Under the pieces are notes generated by a model. That model made no database searches and was not told the origin of the DNA. It saw nothing but the letters and a program-made list of their open reading frames with translations. From the IMG/VR virus record IMGVR_UViG_3300028832_000123, positions 1 to 64,000 of that record: 64,000 nt of DNA, one strand, 5' to 3'. Below, in pieces: positions 34,337-43,716 of this stretch. Both the position numbers and the translations under genes were made by a program. How positions within the stretch are numbered: position 1 is the first letter of the stretch; every line of letters begins with the position of its first letter. The DNA is from a virus. Lineage: Duplodnaviria; Caudoviricetes.

Positions 34337-35950
34337 TTATTGGCTGTTCACATAAACTGTGTTGTCAAGATCACGATAGTCTGTAATATACGTTGAATCC
34401 AATCCAAACACACAACTTGACGAACTTGAATCTACGATATTGTAATAACCGTAGATGCTTCCTTTTTGTGCTGTTGAGTGAATAACTCTTGTGTGATTTG
34501 TTTTGAATCTGCAACTATCCAGAATCAGTTTCCCATTTGCATCAAATATCACGCTGTAACCTTGTGCAATAATATCGCACTCCTTAAATGTGACATTCGT
34601 TTTGAACGTTGTACTGAGCGATGTGTTTACAAGCCTTCTGCCGCTCATTTTGCAATTATGGAAGAGGACATTATGAACCGCATAAGCACCAACGTTTAAC
34701 CTTATGTCGCAATTTATGAACTGAAGGTTTACATTCATTTCTTGCATTGCGATCAAAGGCTTATCTGTTCCATCAACATGATAGATTGTGCAGTTTTCAA
34801 ACACTACGTTAGGAGCAGTATTTGAAGCATAATAAGTCATAATTATGGAGGAGTTACCGGAAACCATATCCTCTGAATAATGATTGTGCATGGCAATAAT
34901 TGCATTTTTAATTATCATGCACGTATTCGGTTCTGTTGATGCAAAGTGAGAACATTTTGCCGTGATATTATCGACAATAACGTTTGAGTTTCCAGCTTCA
35001 CCTTCCTGCTGTGTTGCACTTTCAATCAGTATCACATCATCAGAGTAAGCGTTCCCATTGAACGCTAAATTTGTAAGGTTTATGTTTTTCAGTTTTGTTG
35101 ATCCATAGAACATGTGATAACCGCCCGGAGAGATAGCCATATCATCAAAAATCCAATCGGTTATGGAAAGATCACTGATGTTTTGACAATATATCCCCAT
35201 TCCGCAGTTATTCATTTCTATATCGTTCATGCAGATATTACGTGTTCTGTAATCTGCTTCTGAACTTGCTGTGTTCCACGTTCCAATCGTGAAACAATAG
35301 CCGATCTGTATAAACCGTAATTTTGCAAATGTTATAAATGAGCAGTTGTCTATTGTAAAGACATGAACATTTGACAATAAAGCACCTGTCCGAACAGAAT
35401 GTTCCCCCGGTGAATCAGGCGTTTTATCGTTTGTTGATTTGAATGTAAGTCCTTCAACGTGTATGTTTTCACACTCCAAGAAGTCAAACAAACGGCTGTT
35501 TGCTGCTGTTGAGTGCTTATAAATAGATCCTGTGCCTATAATCTTGATGTTTTGTTTGTTCTGTATCCTGATTTCAGAATCACAGATATATTCCCCATTC
35601 ATCACATAAACAGGAGAATCTACCGCAAACATAGCAGCTATGGCTGTGCTGTCATCTGTCACCCCATCACCTTTCGCACCGTACATTTCCGGTGTCAAAT
35701 AAGGAATAACGTTGCTTGCTATGTCAGAAACAGGAATCCCTGTTTGCGGTTTTTGATATGCCGTATCAGCAAGACCAAGAGAATCCTGCACACCGGATGA
35801 TAAATCGGTGTCAGGGATGCCACCACTCGGCTTTGTGTATTTGCCCTCTATTCCGCTCTTAATATCCTCAAAATCTTTCTTGAAAAGCCCTTTTATAAAT
35901 GCTAAGTCCAACATGTTTTTACACCTCGCTCCACGTGCCGGCGTCAGCAT
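34337..35950 (-). CDS. right-handed beta-helix protein (pectate-lyase-3-like; depolymerase or spike)
   Basis: TPEMYGAKGDGVTDDSTAI followed by Asn/Ile-rich beta-helix repeats; N-terminal KPSGGIP/KPQTGIP repeats. Confidence 0.75.
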   Translation of the reverse strand: MLTPARGARCKNMLDLAFIKGLFKKDFEDIKSGIEGKYTKPSGGIPDTDLSSGVQDSLGLADTAYQKPQTGIPVSDIASNVIPYLTPEMYGAKGDGVTDDSTAIAAMFAVDSPVYVMNGEYICDSEIRIQNKQNIKIIGTGSIYKHSTAANSRLFDFLECENIHVEGLTFKSTNDKTPDSPGEHSVRTGALLSNVHVFTIDNCSFITFAKLRFIQIGYCFTIGTWNTASSEADYRTRNICMNDIEMNNCGMGIYCQNISDLSITDWIFDDMAISPGGYHMFYGSTKLKNINLTNLAFNGNAYSDDVILIESATQQEGEAGNSNVIVDNITAKCSHFASTEPNTCMIIKNAIIAMHNHYSEDMVSGNSSIIMTYYASNTAPNVVFENCTIYHVDGTDKPLIAMQEMNVNLQFINCDIRLNVGAYAVHNVLFHNCKMSGRRLVNTSLSTTFKTNVTFKECDIIAQGYSVIFDANGKLILDSCRFKTNHTRVIHSTAQKGSIYGYYNIVDSSSSSCVFGLDSTYITDYRDLDNTVYVNSQ

Positions 35951-36155
35951 TAAATGTCTTCACATCTCCGGTATCTACTTCAAGAAAACACGATCCGGAG
36001 CAGATCCGGATAACGTTGTTGCCATCATGAACCTCAGTAGGTTTTGTGTCTGTAGACAGGCCGGAGAATGAAAAGTATCTCATGTTCGGAACAAGCGCCA
36101 TTGTTGCGTCACGGGCCGGTCTACTTCCTGTAATATACACACTCATGTTCATCAT
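35919..36155 (-). CDS. small phage protein
   Basis: GLSTDTKPT..FLEVDTG..W motif; SD present. Confidence 0.6.
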   Translation of the reverse strand: MMNMSVYITGSRPARDATMALVPNMRYFSFSGLSTDTKPTEVHDGNNVIRICSGSCFLEVDTGDVKTFNADAGTWSEV

Positions 36156-36215
36156 TCCTTTCTGTTGAAATAATGCGGTACACTTTCAGTTGTCCTTACT
36201 CATATACCGCACTGC

Positions 36216-36449
36216 TTAATATTTGTTATACTCCTCTTCCATTATTCGGAATATCTTATGTCCGCCATTATGAACCTTTCGCTTTATTGTAGAATCTGAC
36301 AGGTGAAATTCTTCTTCCAGTTCGCCAATCGTTTTATCGTCTACATAAAATCTGATCAGCAGCTGTCTGTCTATATCCCCCTGTATGAATTCTTCTGTTA
36401 GCTCACGGAACCGATGGTTGCTGAATATCTCTGGTTTCTGTTTTTTCAT
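36216..36449 (-). CDS. small HTH protein (sigma region 4-like)
   Basis: LLIRFYVDDKTIGELEEEFHLSDSTIKRKV. Confidence 0.65.
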   Translation of the reverse strand: MKKQKPEIFSNHRFRELTEEFIQGDIDRQLLIRFYVDDKTIGELEEEFHLSDSTIKRKVHNGGHKIFRIMEEEYNKY

Positions 36450-36726
36450 TCAGCACCTCCGGACTCACACCGTTCATCCTGGCGAATGTTTCCAGCCATT
36501 TTTCAGTTCGTGCAGTGTAGTTGTCAACAAACACTTTTGACTGTTCAACAGTGGCACTTGCTACCTTAATGGCAGCAATGGAAACAGCTACGACAGCAAT
36601 GGTCAGAAGGATAGCGACAACAATGCACAGGTTTTTCATACTGCTGTTCATGTGCGTCAGGTGCATCTTTTCCATTTCTGACTGATGCTTTGGAACCATT
36701 GGAACATCATTGCGATTCTCGTCCAT
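36403..36726 (-). CDS. single-TM membrane protein
   Basis: Likely start MDENRN; TM LCIVVAILLTIAVVAVSIAAI (part of track ORF 36403-36822). Confidence 0.6.
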   Translation of the reverse strand: MDENRNDVPMVPKHQSEMEKMHLTHMNSSMKNLCIVVAILLTIAVVAVSIAAIKVASATVEQSKVFVDNYTARTEKWLETFARMNGVSPEVLNEKTETRDIQQPSVP

Positions 36727-36727
36727 A

Positions 36728-36937
36728 TTATTCCTCGTCTTTCGGCGCTTCAGGGATGCCTGTAGCCATTGCCAGGAGGATAGAACATACGAATCCGAAT
36801 GCACCAGCTGACAGGGCACCAATCCAGTTCACGTCCCCCAGTACTACAGCGCCACCGCCAATGAAAGCGAGGGCGCTTTCCGCAAAAGTCCGGATACCAC
36901 GAATCAGGGCTGCCTTCCAAAATTTCCAAGTGAACAT
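36728..36937 (-). CDS. holin (r1t-type)
   Basis: FWKAALIRGIRTFAESAL...VNW..ALS...SILLAMATGIPE. Confidence 0.9.
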   Translation of the reverse strand: MFTWKFWKAALIRGIRTFAESALAFIGGGAVVLGDVNWIGALSAGAFGFVCSILLAMATGIPEAPKDEE

Positions 36938-36954
36938 TGTAAATTCTCCTTTCC

Positions 36955-37425
36955 TTACTGTTGCCAGTCACTTTCTCTATACTCACCGTCAATGAGATAA
37001 TTCCTCATTGCGGTTTGTACATTCTTCGGGGCAGAGTCTTTCTCCAGCAGGGCAAGCATGCCATGACACAACGCTTTGTTCCCATTCTCCAGCCGGCTCA
37101 CCCTGTTCTCGAAAGCGTTCAGCTGACGGGTATGCGAGTCTATGTTCTCCTTATCCGCAGCGAAGCGCTTATCGATTTCAGCGAACTTACTGTCGAGTTC
37201 CGGTTTAAGCTTTTCCATAACCTTATCCGCAATGCGATCCGTAATGTCCTGTCCATTCAGTTGCTGACGTTGCATGCGCCGTTCGTGTTCCTTCCGGAAA
37301 ATTTCAATAACCTTATACCCAAGCACAACAAGGGCAGCAAGTCCGACGAGCACAACCATGAAATTCCACAGCATTGACGGGGATATGCCTTCAATCTTCG
37401 GCAGTTCATTTTCCATTTTCATCAC
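36955..37425 (-). CDS. membrane protein with coiled coil (lysis cassette)
   Basis: TM MLWNFMVVLVGLAALVVLGY followed by coiled coil. Confidence 0.7.
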   Translation of the reverse strand: MMKMENELPKIEGISPSMLWNFMVVLVGLAALVVLGYKVIEIFRKEHERRMQRQQLNGQDITDRIADKVMEKLKPELDSKFAEIDKRFAADKENIDSHTRQLNAFENRVSRLENGNKALCHGMLALLEKDSAPKNVQTAMRNYLIDGEYRESDWQQ

Positions 37426-37430
37426 TCTCC

Positions 37431-38270
37431 TTAATACTTTCCTTTGCCGTCCCCGACAATGTCCAGGAACTGTGCCATCATGTACCAGCCTTTACGCTTA
37501 CCGCAGTTGATCTTTGCCCATTCTTCTCCCGGGTCGATGATCGTAACCTCAGTACCGCATGGGATGCTGTCCCATGTTTTGCAACTCGTGCTCGGATATT
37601 GTCGCAGTTTCACGGGCTTTCCGTTGTCCGCCACAACAATTGCCTTACAGTCAGAAGTCGCAATCGGTTCCTTAATGATGTCTTCGGCTTTACTCGCCGT
37701 TGTACCGCCGTCTTTGCCGGCGGCATCCACAATCGGTTTTGCCTTACCGTGGTAATTCCATCCGCCGTTCAGGTTGGTGTCAACCTTCATGCGGGGGCTG
37801 GTCATGTGTGTAATTTGCAGAGGACTCACGCTCGTTACTGCCCCTACGTGATAGTAGTCATTAAGGTCGTGATTGTAGTATGCTCCGGTAGGTTTATATC
37901 GGTTCGGCAAATCATACTTGTGTGATATGGATCCGCCGTTACATGCCTTTCTTACTCTTCCGTCTTTGTCGCATGCCTTGTAAATAACATCGCCGAGTTC
38001 GAGGTCGGATACCCGTTCGATATACTCAAGGTCTACCGTCTGGTATCTGGCTGCGTAGTTACTGCCGTGGATGCCTGTCCACTTCAGGCCCATCCGCTGG
38101 ATTGCTCCGATGATCAGCCCGATACAGTCGCAGGTCCCGTCCGTCCCGTCCCCTGGCTGTTTGTATGCAGGGTTTAGGGATTTGATCTTGGCGATCATGG
38201 AGAGAAACTTCGTTACGAGTTTTTTGTAGGCGTTGATAACAGCCTGTGCCAGACTTTTGAACACGCTCAT
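37431..38270 (-). CDS. endolysin: NlpC/P60-like cysteine peptidase plus SH3b
   Basis: GTCDCIGLI, HGSN, YYHVG, ITHMT; C-terminal VKLRQYPS..GWYMMAQFL. Confidence 0.8.
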   Translation of the reverse strand: MSVFKSLAQAVINAYKKLVTKFLSMIAKIKSLNPAYKQPGDGTDGTCDCIGLIIGAIQRMGLKWTGIHGSNYAARYQTVDLEYIERVSDLELGDVIYKACDKDGRVRKACNGGSISHKYDLPNRYKPTGAYYNHDLNDYYHVGAVTSVSPLQITHMTSPRMKVDTNLNGGWNYHGKAKPIVDAAGKDGGTTASKAEDIIKEPIATSDCKAIVVADNGKPVKLRQYPSTSCKTWDSIPCGTEVTIIDPGEEWAKINCGKRKGWYMMAQFLDIVGDGKGKY

Positions 38271-38629
38271 CCGTTGTCACCGCCTTCCTCTTCCGGCTGA
38301 TCCGGTTCGGTGCTCTTCGAGCCAAACTGGATCCGGACCTTGTCAAGCATCGCAAGTAGTCCTTTTTCATAGGTGCTGTTCCTTGTGTATGCCCATACAT
38401 TCAGAAGCATGACGCCTGTAGTCATCAGACCGAGGTACACAACGTTGATGGATGTCTCCGGATGGATGAGCATAATAACGGAAAGCCACGACAGGTATAC
38501 GGCCCAGAATATTGCTGTCCACCTCGCAAGCCATTTGGAAAATTGATTACGGGGATCAATGTTCTTTCCGCTCATACACTCACCACCTTCCTTAACTGAA
38601 AAGACACCGAACAACAGGATTCCTCCCAC
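38267..38629 (-). CDS. two-TM membrane protein, holin/antiholin-like
   Basis: Two hydrophobic segments, directly upstream of the endolysin. Confidence 0.6.
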   Translation of the reverse strand: MGGILLFGVFSVKEGGECMSGKNIDPRNQFSKWLARWTAIFWAVYLSWLSVIMLIHPETSINVVYLGLMTTGVMLLNVWAYTRNSTYEKGLLAMLDKVRIQFGSKSTEPDQPEEEGGDNG

Positions 38630-38659
38630 CGTTCGGTGTCTACACTACTCTTCCGCTTA

Positions 38660-38689
38660 ATAATAGCACAATATGTAGTACTTGCACAA
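38660..38689 (-). promoter_or_regulatory. lysis-cassette promoter with operator-like element
   Basis: TTGTGC-18-TATTAT; TACTACA-TAT-TGTGCTA at 38664-38680. Confidence 0.6.
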
Positions 38690-38812
38690 GAGTATGTACA
38701 CATTTTTGTTCGGCTGTTACCTGATCACTGGTCACTCGGCTTGCAAGGAAGCAAGCACCTCATAAAGTTAGTCACGTCAATTGCCACGAAAATAGTCCTT
38801 TTCACGGCTTTA

Positions 38813-39406
38813 TTATGTAGTCATAAACTCCACACTGATACCATAATGTTCAGCGCAAGCATCAGCAGAATCATAGGATTGATTGTCCGTGAATCTCAAT
38901 GTCAACACAAATGAGTCTGCATTTGCAGGAACAGACAGTTCCACAGGAACCTCACTACAATTAAAATCATCACGTTGGATGCCTTTTATCTTGTGAGCGT
39001 GTTCTCCTGATGCTCCGCTGTCAACGTCCTTTGTCCATACGATTCTTGCCCCTGTCCCATTGTAGAAAGCAGTTTTATCTGTTGCGTTCACTTTTACTTT
39101 TGTTGTCCCTTGTGGGAGTTTTATTGCATACGGATAATCAACATATGCTGTTGAGGCACAAGCCAACTGCCGTTCCGTTGCACTTATCCCTTTCCCAAAT
39201 GCCGTCATATATTTCGTTGCATTTGTGGATGATGGTGTTGTATATGTTGCTAAAGGGTCTGAATATGCCGCTGTCCTCCATTCCCATACTATTTCAAGCG
39301 TAGGCACAGGCGGTACAGGATCAAAACTCACGGTTTCGATTTTATGACCGGAAAAATCAGTTCCCGGAATAATTAATGTGTTCGCCATTTCCTGCACCCC
39401 TTTCAA
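38813..39406 (-). CDS. hypothetical, likely tail-fibre-associated beta-rich protein
   Basis: 197 aa; N-terminal LIIPGTDFS motif. Confidence 0.6.
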   Translation of the reverse strand: MKGVQEMANTLIIPGTDFSGHKIETVSFDPVPPVPTLEIVWEWRTAAYSDPLATYTTPSSTNATKYMTAFGKGISATERQLACASTAYVDYPYAIKLPQGTTKVKVNATDKTAFYNGTGARIVWTKDVDSGASGEHAHKIKGIQRDDFNCSEVPVELSVPANADSFVLTLRFTDNQSYDSADACAEHYGISVEFMTT

Positions 39407-40893
39407 ATGCTCAACCGGATGAAATGCGCTCCGGTTGTGTTTTCACATATCACTTTGCCGATTGCGCTTGTATCGCTTGCATCAAGGCTTAATGTACCAT
39501 CACTTGCAACATTCAGATAATAGCCGATTGTAGGAGAAACAAAGCCAAGCAGTTCAGCGCATACCCAGCCTTCATGTTGAACGTATGCGATATTGTTTGT
39601 TGAATCATAGTAATAAATAATTCCAATGCAATCATCCGCACCTGTGGCAAGCTGAAGGTGATACCGACCGCTGTTTTTCATCGCAACCGCCTTTTTTGCG
39701 GTTAGTGCTGTATACTGAAGATACTGCACGGTATCCCCTGTTTCAAACAGCATACCGTCCCAACCTTCAACCATAGCACCCTTCACATTGCCGTGAATGA
39801 AAAGGTGCTGTGCTGTCCAGCTTGATCCTTTATCCTCCATGATCCAATTAAACACACAGTTGAACAGGTAATAGTGATTTTCAACAGATGAAGCGTAATC
39901 CGTTGCCGTGAAACCAAATCCACGGCAGTTTTCCATAATAACAAGATTCGACTGTCCGCTTGTGTTTGTGTGGATTGTCACAACGTCCCCAAAGTCACAA
40001 TCATTAAACAGGAACACTTTTCGCCCGTCTACACCTGCTCCGTAACTGATGTTCCCGTTACCGCCTGACGTTGTATTTGTTGCAAAGAATCGGCACTTTT
40101 CGCACCGTCTGATTTTCGGTTTTGTGGAAGAAAACGACATATCATCGTGAACAGCATACCGGATATTGTTTGCCTTGACGGTCAGGTTTTTAAGACCTGA
40201 ATTGCCTTTGATGTTCAGCGTTGATACATGGTTTCTGGTTGTCTGATCGTATGTGGTTGTGTCCATTTCGGCGGTCAGCACTACATCATCACGCAGGATT
40301 CCCATTCCTTCAAGCGTGATACCGTCCGTAATTGTCAGACCGACAAAACCTTCTGCGCTGATTTCTTCGCTTGTAAACTCGGAAAGAATATCGTATGTTC
40401 CCGGTGCTATCTGAATTACAAACGGATTGTCAGCGGATGCTCCTGCTTCCTGTGCTGTTTCAACGGCAGACCGGATAGATCCGTTTGCAGCGACTTCGAT
40501 GATATGAGGATTCAGTTTTTCACTGTCAAACAGTTCCGTTTTGATATGACCGTTTGCAAACCTTGCGAGAACATTTCCGTCAGGATCAGACAGGTCTAAA
40601 TCAACTCCGGTTTTCGTACTTTCTTTTATATCCGGTTTGCCCTGTAAACCGCTCAATACACTGGATAACTGAGCGCCCAAGTTAGTCGGGCCTTCCTTGG
40701 TTGTGTTCGCCCAGGTCGTATTCGCAGTGTGCCCATCCGGCAAATAATAAACCTGGCCGTTATGCACTACATATGTGCCGGCTTCATTTGCAACAGACTC
40801 AACAAACTGAGTGGCAACCATACTTTTCAGTTGGTCCACTATAATCTTTCCGTCTTTGAGTTTCATTACTTCATCCGGAATACTCACGTTCAT
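39403..40893 (-). CDS. beta-helix tail spike/receptor-binding protein (pectin-esterase-like)
   Basis: SIRSAVETA..PFVIQIAPGTYD, SGLKNLTVKA, RYAVHDD, repeated CxF strands. Confidence 0.7.
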   Translation of the reverse strand: MNVSIPDEVMKLKDGKIIVDQLKSMVATQFVESVANEAGTYVVHNGQVYYLPDGHTANTTWANTTKEGPTNLGAQLSSVLSGLQGKPDIKESTKTGVDLDLSDPDGNVLARFANGHIKTELFDSEKLNPHIIEVAANGSIRSAVETAQEAGASADNPFVIQIAPGTYDILSEFTSEEISAEGFVGLTITDGITLEGMGILRDDVVLTAEMDTTTYDQTTRNHVSTLNIKGNSGLKNLTVKANNIRYAVHDDMSFSSTKPKIRRCEKCRFFATNTTSGGNGNISYGAGVDGRKVFLFNDCDFGDVVTIHTNTSGQSNLVIMENCRGFGFTATDYASSVENHYYLFNCVFNWIMEDKGSSWTAQHLFIHGNVKGAMVEGWDGMLFETGDTVQYLQYTALTAKKAVAMKNSGRYHLQLATGADDCIGIIYYYDSTNNIAYVQHEGWVCAELLGFVSPTIGYYLNVASDGTLSLDASDTSAIGKVICENTTGAHFIRLSI

Positions 40894-40899
40894 ACCTCC

Positions 40900-43599
40900 T
40901 TAATCGTCAAATAACGCCTGTGTATGTGCGTCTGTGGCAAACGTAATCATGTCGCCGATGTTGACCTCAGTCCAGTGCGCTGCTGTCCAAGCCTCAGACG
41001 AGTTGATCTGCGTGTTGCACTCGTACATTTTTCCGTCGTGTAGACAATGTTTCCCGACAAGGATCGGCAGAGTAAGATCGTCATAACTCTGTGCAATAAC
41101 ATCGGAACTGAAATCGATAACTTCAAGCTTTGTACCGCCGGTACCATCCGGATTACAGTGAACGTAAACGTCGCCGGCAAGACGCTCATTACCGGCCCAG
41201 TCAAGACTGCGTGCGTTGGAAAGGGAATTGTCACCGGTACCATTACCAATGATCTCTACGTAATTGTAATCGTAATCCTGAGACCAATGTGATGCAACCC
41301 ACGATGAATCTGTGTTTGCAGTACGACAAACATATCCAGTAACTGTATTTCCATTCGATATTTTTACTTTTTCTCCAATAGAATACGTCGTTCCAGCAAC
41401 CCATTCGGGCCAGGTTGAATAGCTGTCAACAACATTGAATCTACCGCCAACGTGAGAGCTTGACGCAACGGCTTTTGTTGCGTTTCCTTCCGTATGTGAA
41501 AATGTTCCGTTTGCATGCGTGTATCTTCCCTCTGCGTGTGCGAATGCACCACCTGCCTCAGTACTGTCACCTTCTGCGTGGCTGTACGATCCGGAAGCTT
41601 GTGTTGCATATCCTTCAGAATGCGAACAATAAGCAGACGCCTGTGTTTGGTTCCCTTCTGCGTGTGCGTACACATATGCTGTCGTCTGATATCCTTCTGC
41701 ATGGCCGTATGAACCGGTTACATTTGTTTCGCATCCTTCCGTATGTGCCCCTGCGGCTGATGCCTTCGTCCTTATGCCTTCTGCATGAGCGCCATCGCCG
41801 TTTGTAAGCGTCTTAACGCCTTCTGTATGAGACGCACTTCCTTCCGCTTTGCTGTAATAAACAGTTCCGTTTTCTGTATAATCTCCGCCAATACCTTCCG
41901 CATGAGAACCAGTAGAAGTGGCAGTAGTGTTCAGACCTTCAGCATGCGAATAATCGCTTTTGCTTTCAGTTCCAGAGCCTTCAGCGTGAGATGCTATGCC
42001 TGTAGATTTTGTCTGATCACCTTCAGCGTGAGAACGGTTTCCTTGTGAACGAGTCAGGTAACCTTCAGCGTGAGATTCTATTCCGTCAGCATATGTGTCG
42101 TAGCCTTCAGCATGGGACGCTGCATATGAAGCTCTTGTTTTATGGCCTTCTGCGTGACCGCCATAAACTTCCTGGCTTCCAGCAGCGAAAACTCGTGTTT
42201 GATATCCTTCTGTGTGAGAAGCATAGCCTTGCGCTTCGGATGTTTCTGTATAGGTTCCCCTATTTACTGTTCCGCCTGTGCCTTCAGCGTGGGATGCCTG
42301 ACCACTTGCTTTTGTGCTAAGGCCTTCAGCGTGGGAATTTTGGCCGGCAGATGCCGTGCTGTTTCCTTCTGCATGAGAGCAATGACCAGTAGCTAATGTG
42401 GAAACGCCTTCTGCGTGTGAATTTTCACCGCTTGCTGTAGTATAATTGCCTTCTGCATGTGATTGTACATTTGAAGCGATAGTACTAAATCCTTCCGCAT
42501 GCGAATTAACCCCACTTGCAGTTGTACGATAGCCTTCAGCATGAGATAAATTCCCATCAGCTACCGTTTCGAGTCCTTCTGCGTGAGCAACTCCTCCGCT
42601 TGCTCTTGTGCCTTGCCCTTCAGCATGAGAATACACTCCGCTCGCCGTAACATTTTCACCAAACGCAAACGAAGCTTCTCCGGATGTAGTATTCTCTTTC
42701 CGTCCCCTGCTCAGGGTCGTTTCCAGTACCGTGTCCCGCTTGTCAGCTTTGCCGGTAACGTCCACGTAGGAAATATCAATGTACTGCGAGCCAGTCCAAC
42801 GGTACTGGTGATTGTTTGACGTACTGATGTAGATCTTTCCGCTTTCGCCAGGATTCGGGAACTGCGAAAGTGATGGGTACTCGACAACGTCATCCACATA
42901 AGACGGAAGCTGTTCAGACGGAACACGTCCGGTTCCATCCAGGGACGCAACACCGCCGGACATTCCCTTCCGGATGTCGTCATTAAGTTCCGCCGTCTTT
43001 GCGTACGGAGAAAGGTCAATCGATCCGGGGATATTAAACGGGTCAGGGTTCGGTAATTCACCGTTATTTTTCCATGTCAGCACACCGTTCTCGTCTACGC
43101 TCGGCGTGTACACTGCGCCAGGGGCACCGTCAAATTCTCCTGACGCCTTTGCACGTTCAAGCTCAGTTTCGATCTGCTGTCCCATTCCGGAAGCGACATC
43201 ATCAACATGACCGACAGCAGTGTTAAGCGCTGCTATCAGCTGATCGAGAATGCTCTGTTCTTCCGGCGTGGGCGGATCAATCGTGGGCAGGGCCGTACGA
43301 GGATGGACCTTGATCATGTTGGCGTACACGGTCTGCCCGTCGTTTGCCGTGTTATGCAGGAACAGCCAGAAATAGACCGTCTTTCCGGAAGTCAGCACAT
43401 GATCAGGAATGCCAACACCTTCCGGATCGCCGATCATCGGAATGCTTGCGCCTTTGCTTGAGTTTGCAAAATGAACAGTATAAGAAGACGGAAGGTCAAC
43501 TCCTGTAATAAGCATTTTCTGACCATAGTCATACTGCCACAGGAAACCTTCCTCTCCTGCAATTCTGTTGAGGATCTGATAATTTACTGTTCCTGCCAT
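40900..43599 (-). CDS. tail fibre: BppU-like N-terminus, ~26 xHxEG 14-aa beta-roll repeats, CBM5/12-like module
   Basis: LWQYDYGQKMLI start, GVASLDGTGRVPSEQLP, SHAEG repeats, WVAGTTYSIGEKV..YVC..W. Confidence 0.85.
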   Translation of the reverse strand: MAGTVNYQILNRIAGEEGFLWQYDYGQKMLITGVDLPSSYTVHFANSSKGASIPMIGDPEGVGIPDHVLTSGKTVYFWLFLHNTANDGQTVYANMIKVHPRTALPTIDPPTPEEQSILDQLIAALNTAVGHVDDVASGMGQQIETELERAKASGEFDGAPGAVYTPSVDENGVLTWKNNGELPNPDPFNIPGSIDLSPYAKTAELNDDIRKGMSGGVASLDGTGRVPSEQLPSYVDDVVEYPSLSQFPNPGESGKIYISTSNNHQYRWTGSQYIDISYVDVTGKADKRDTVLETTLSRGRKENTTSGEASFAFGENVTASGVYSHAEGQGTRASGGVAHAEGLETVADGNLSHAEGYRTTASGVNSHAEGFSTIASNVQSHAEGNYTTASGENSHAEGVSTLATGHCSHAEGNSTASAGQNSHAEGLSTKASGQASHAEGTGGTVNRGTYTETSEAQGYASHTEGYQTRVFAAGSQEVYGGHAEGHKTRASYAASHAEGYDTYADGIESHAEGYLTRSQGNRSHAEGDQTKSTGIASHAEGSGTESKSDYSHAEGLNTTATSTGSHAEGIGGDYTENGTVYYSKAEGSASHTEGVKTLTNGDGAHAEGIRTKASAAGAHTEGCETNVTGSYGHAEGYQTTAYVYAHAEGNQTQASAYCSHSEGYATQASGSYSHAEGDSTEAGGAFAHAEGRYTHANGTFSHTEGNATKAVASSSHVGGRFNVVDSYSTWPEWVAGTTYSIGEKVKISNGNTVTGYVCRTANTDSSWVASHWSQDYDYNYVEIIGNGTGDNSLSNARSLDWAGNERLAGDVYVHCNPDGTGGTKLEVIDFSSDVIAQSYDDLTLPILVGKHCLHDGKMYECNTQINSSEAWTAAHWTEVNIGDMITFATDAHTQALFDD

Positions 43600-43627
43600 T
43601 CAATCACCCCCACGGTTCAAATAACAA

Positions 43628-43666
43628 AAGGCACCAAACGAATGATTGCTCACCGTTTGGTGCCTT
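43628..43666 (-). terminator. 13-bp hairpin followed by a U-tract on the minus strand
   Basis: AAGGCACCAAACG (43628-43640) / CGTTTGGTGCCTT (43654-43666). Confidence 0.7.
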
Positions 43667-43687
43667 GAAGTATTCTTTTACAGCTAC

Positions 43688-43716
43688 ATTATACACAAAA
43701 TCAGCCGGTTTTGCAA
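43688..43716 (-). promoter_or_regulatory. near-consensus sigma-A promoter upstream of the tail fibre gene
   Basis: TTGCAA (43716-43711), 17-nt spacer, TATAAT (43693-43688). Confidence 0.7.
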
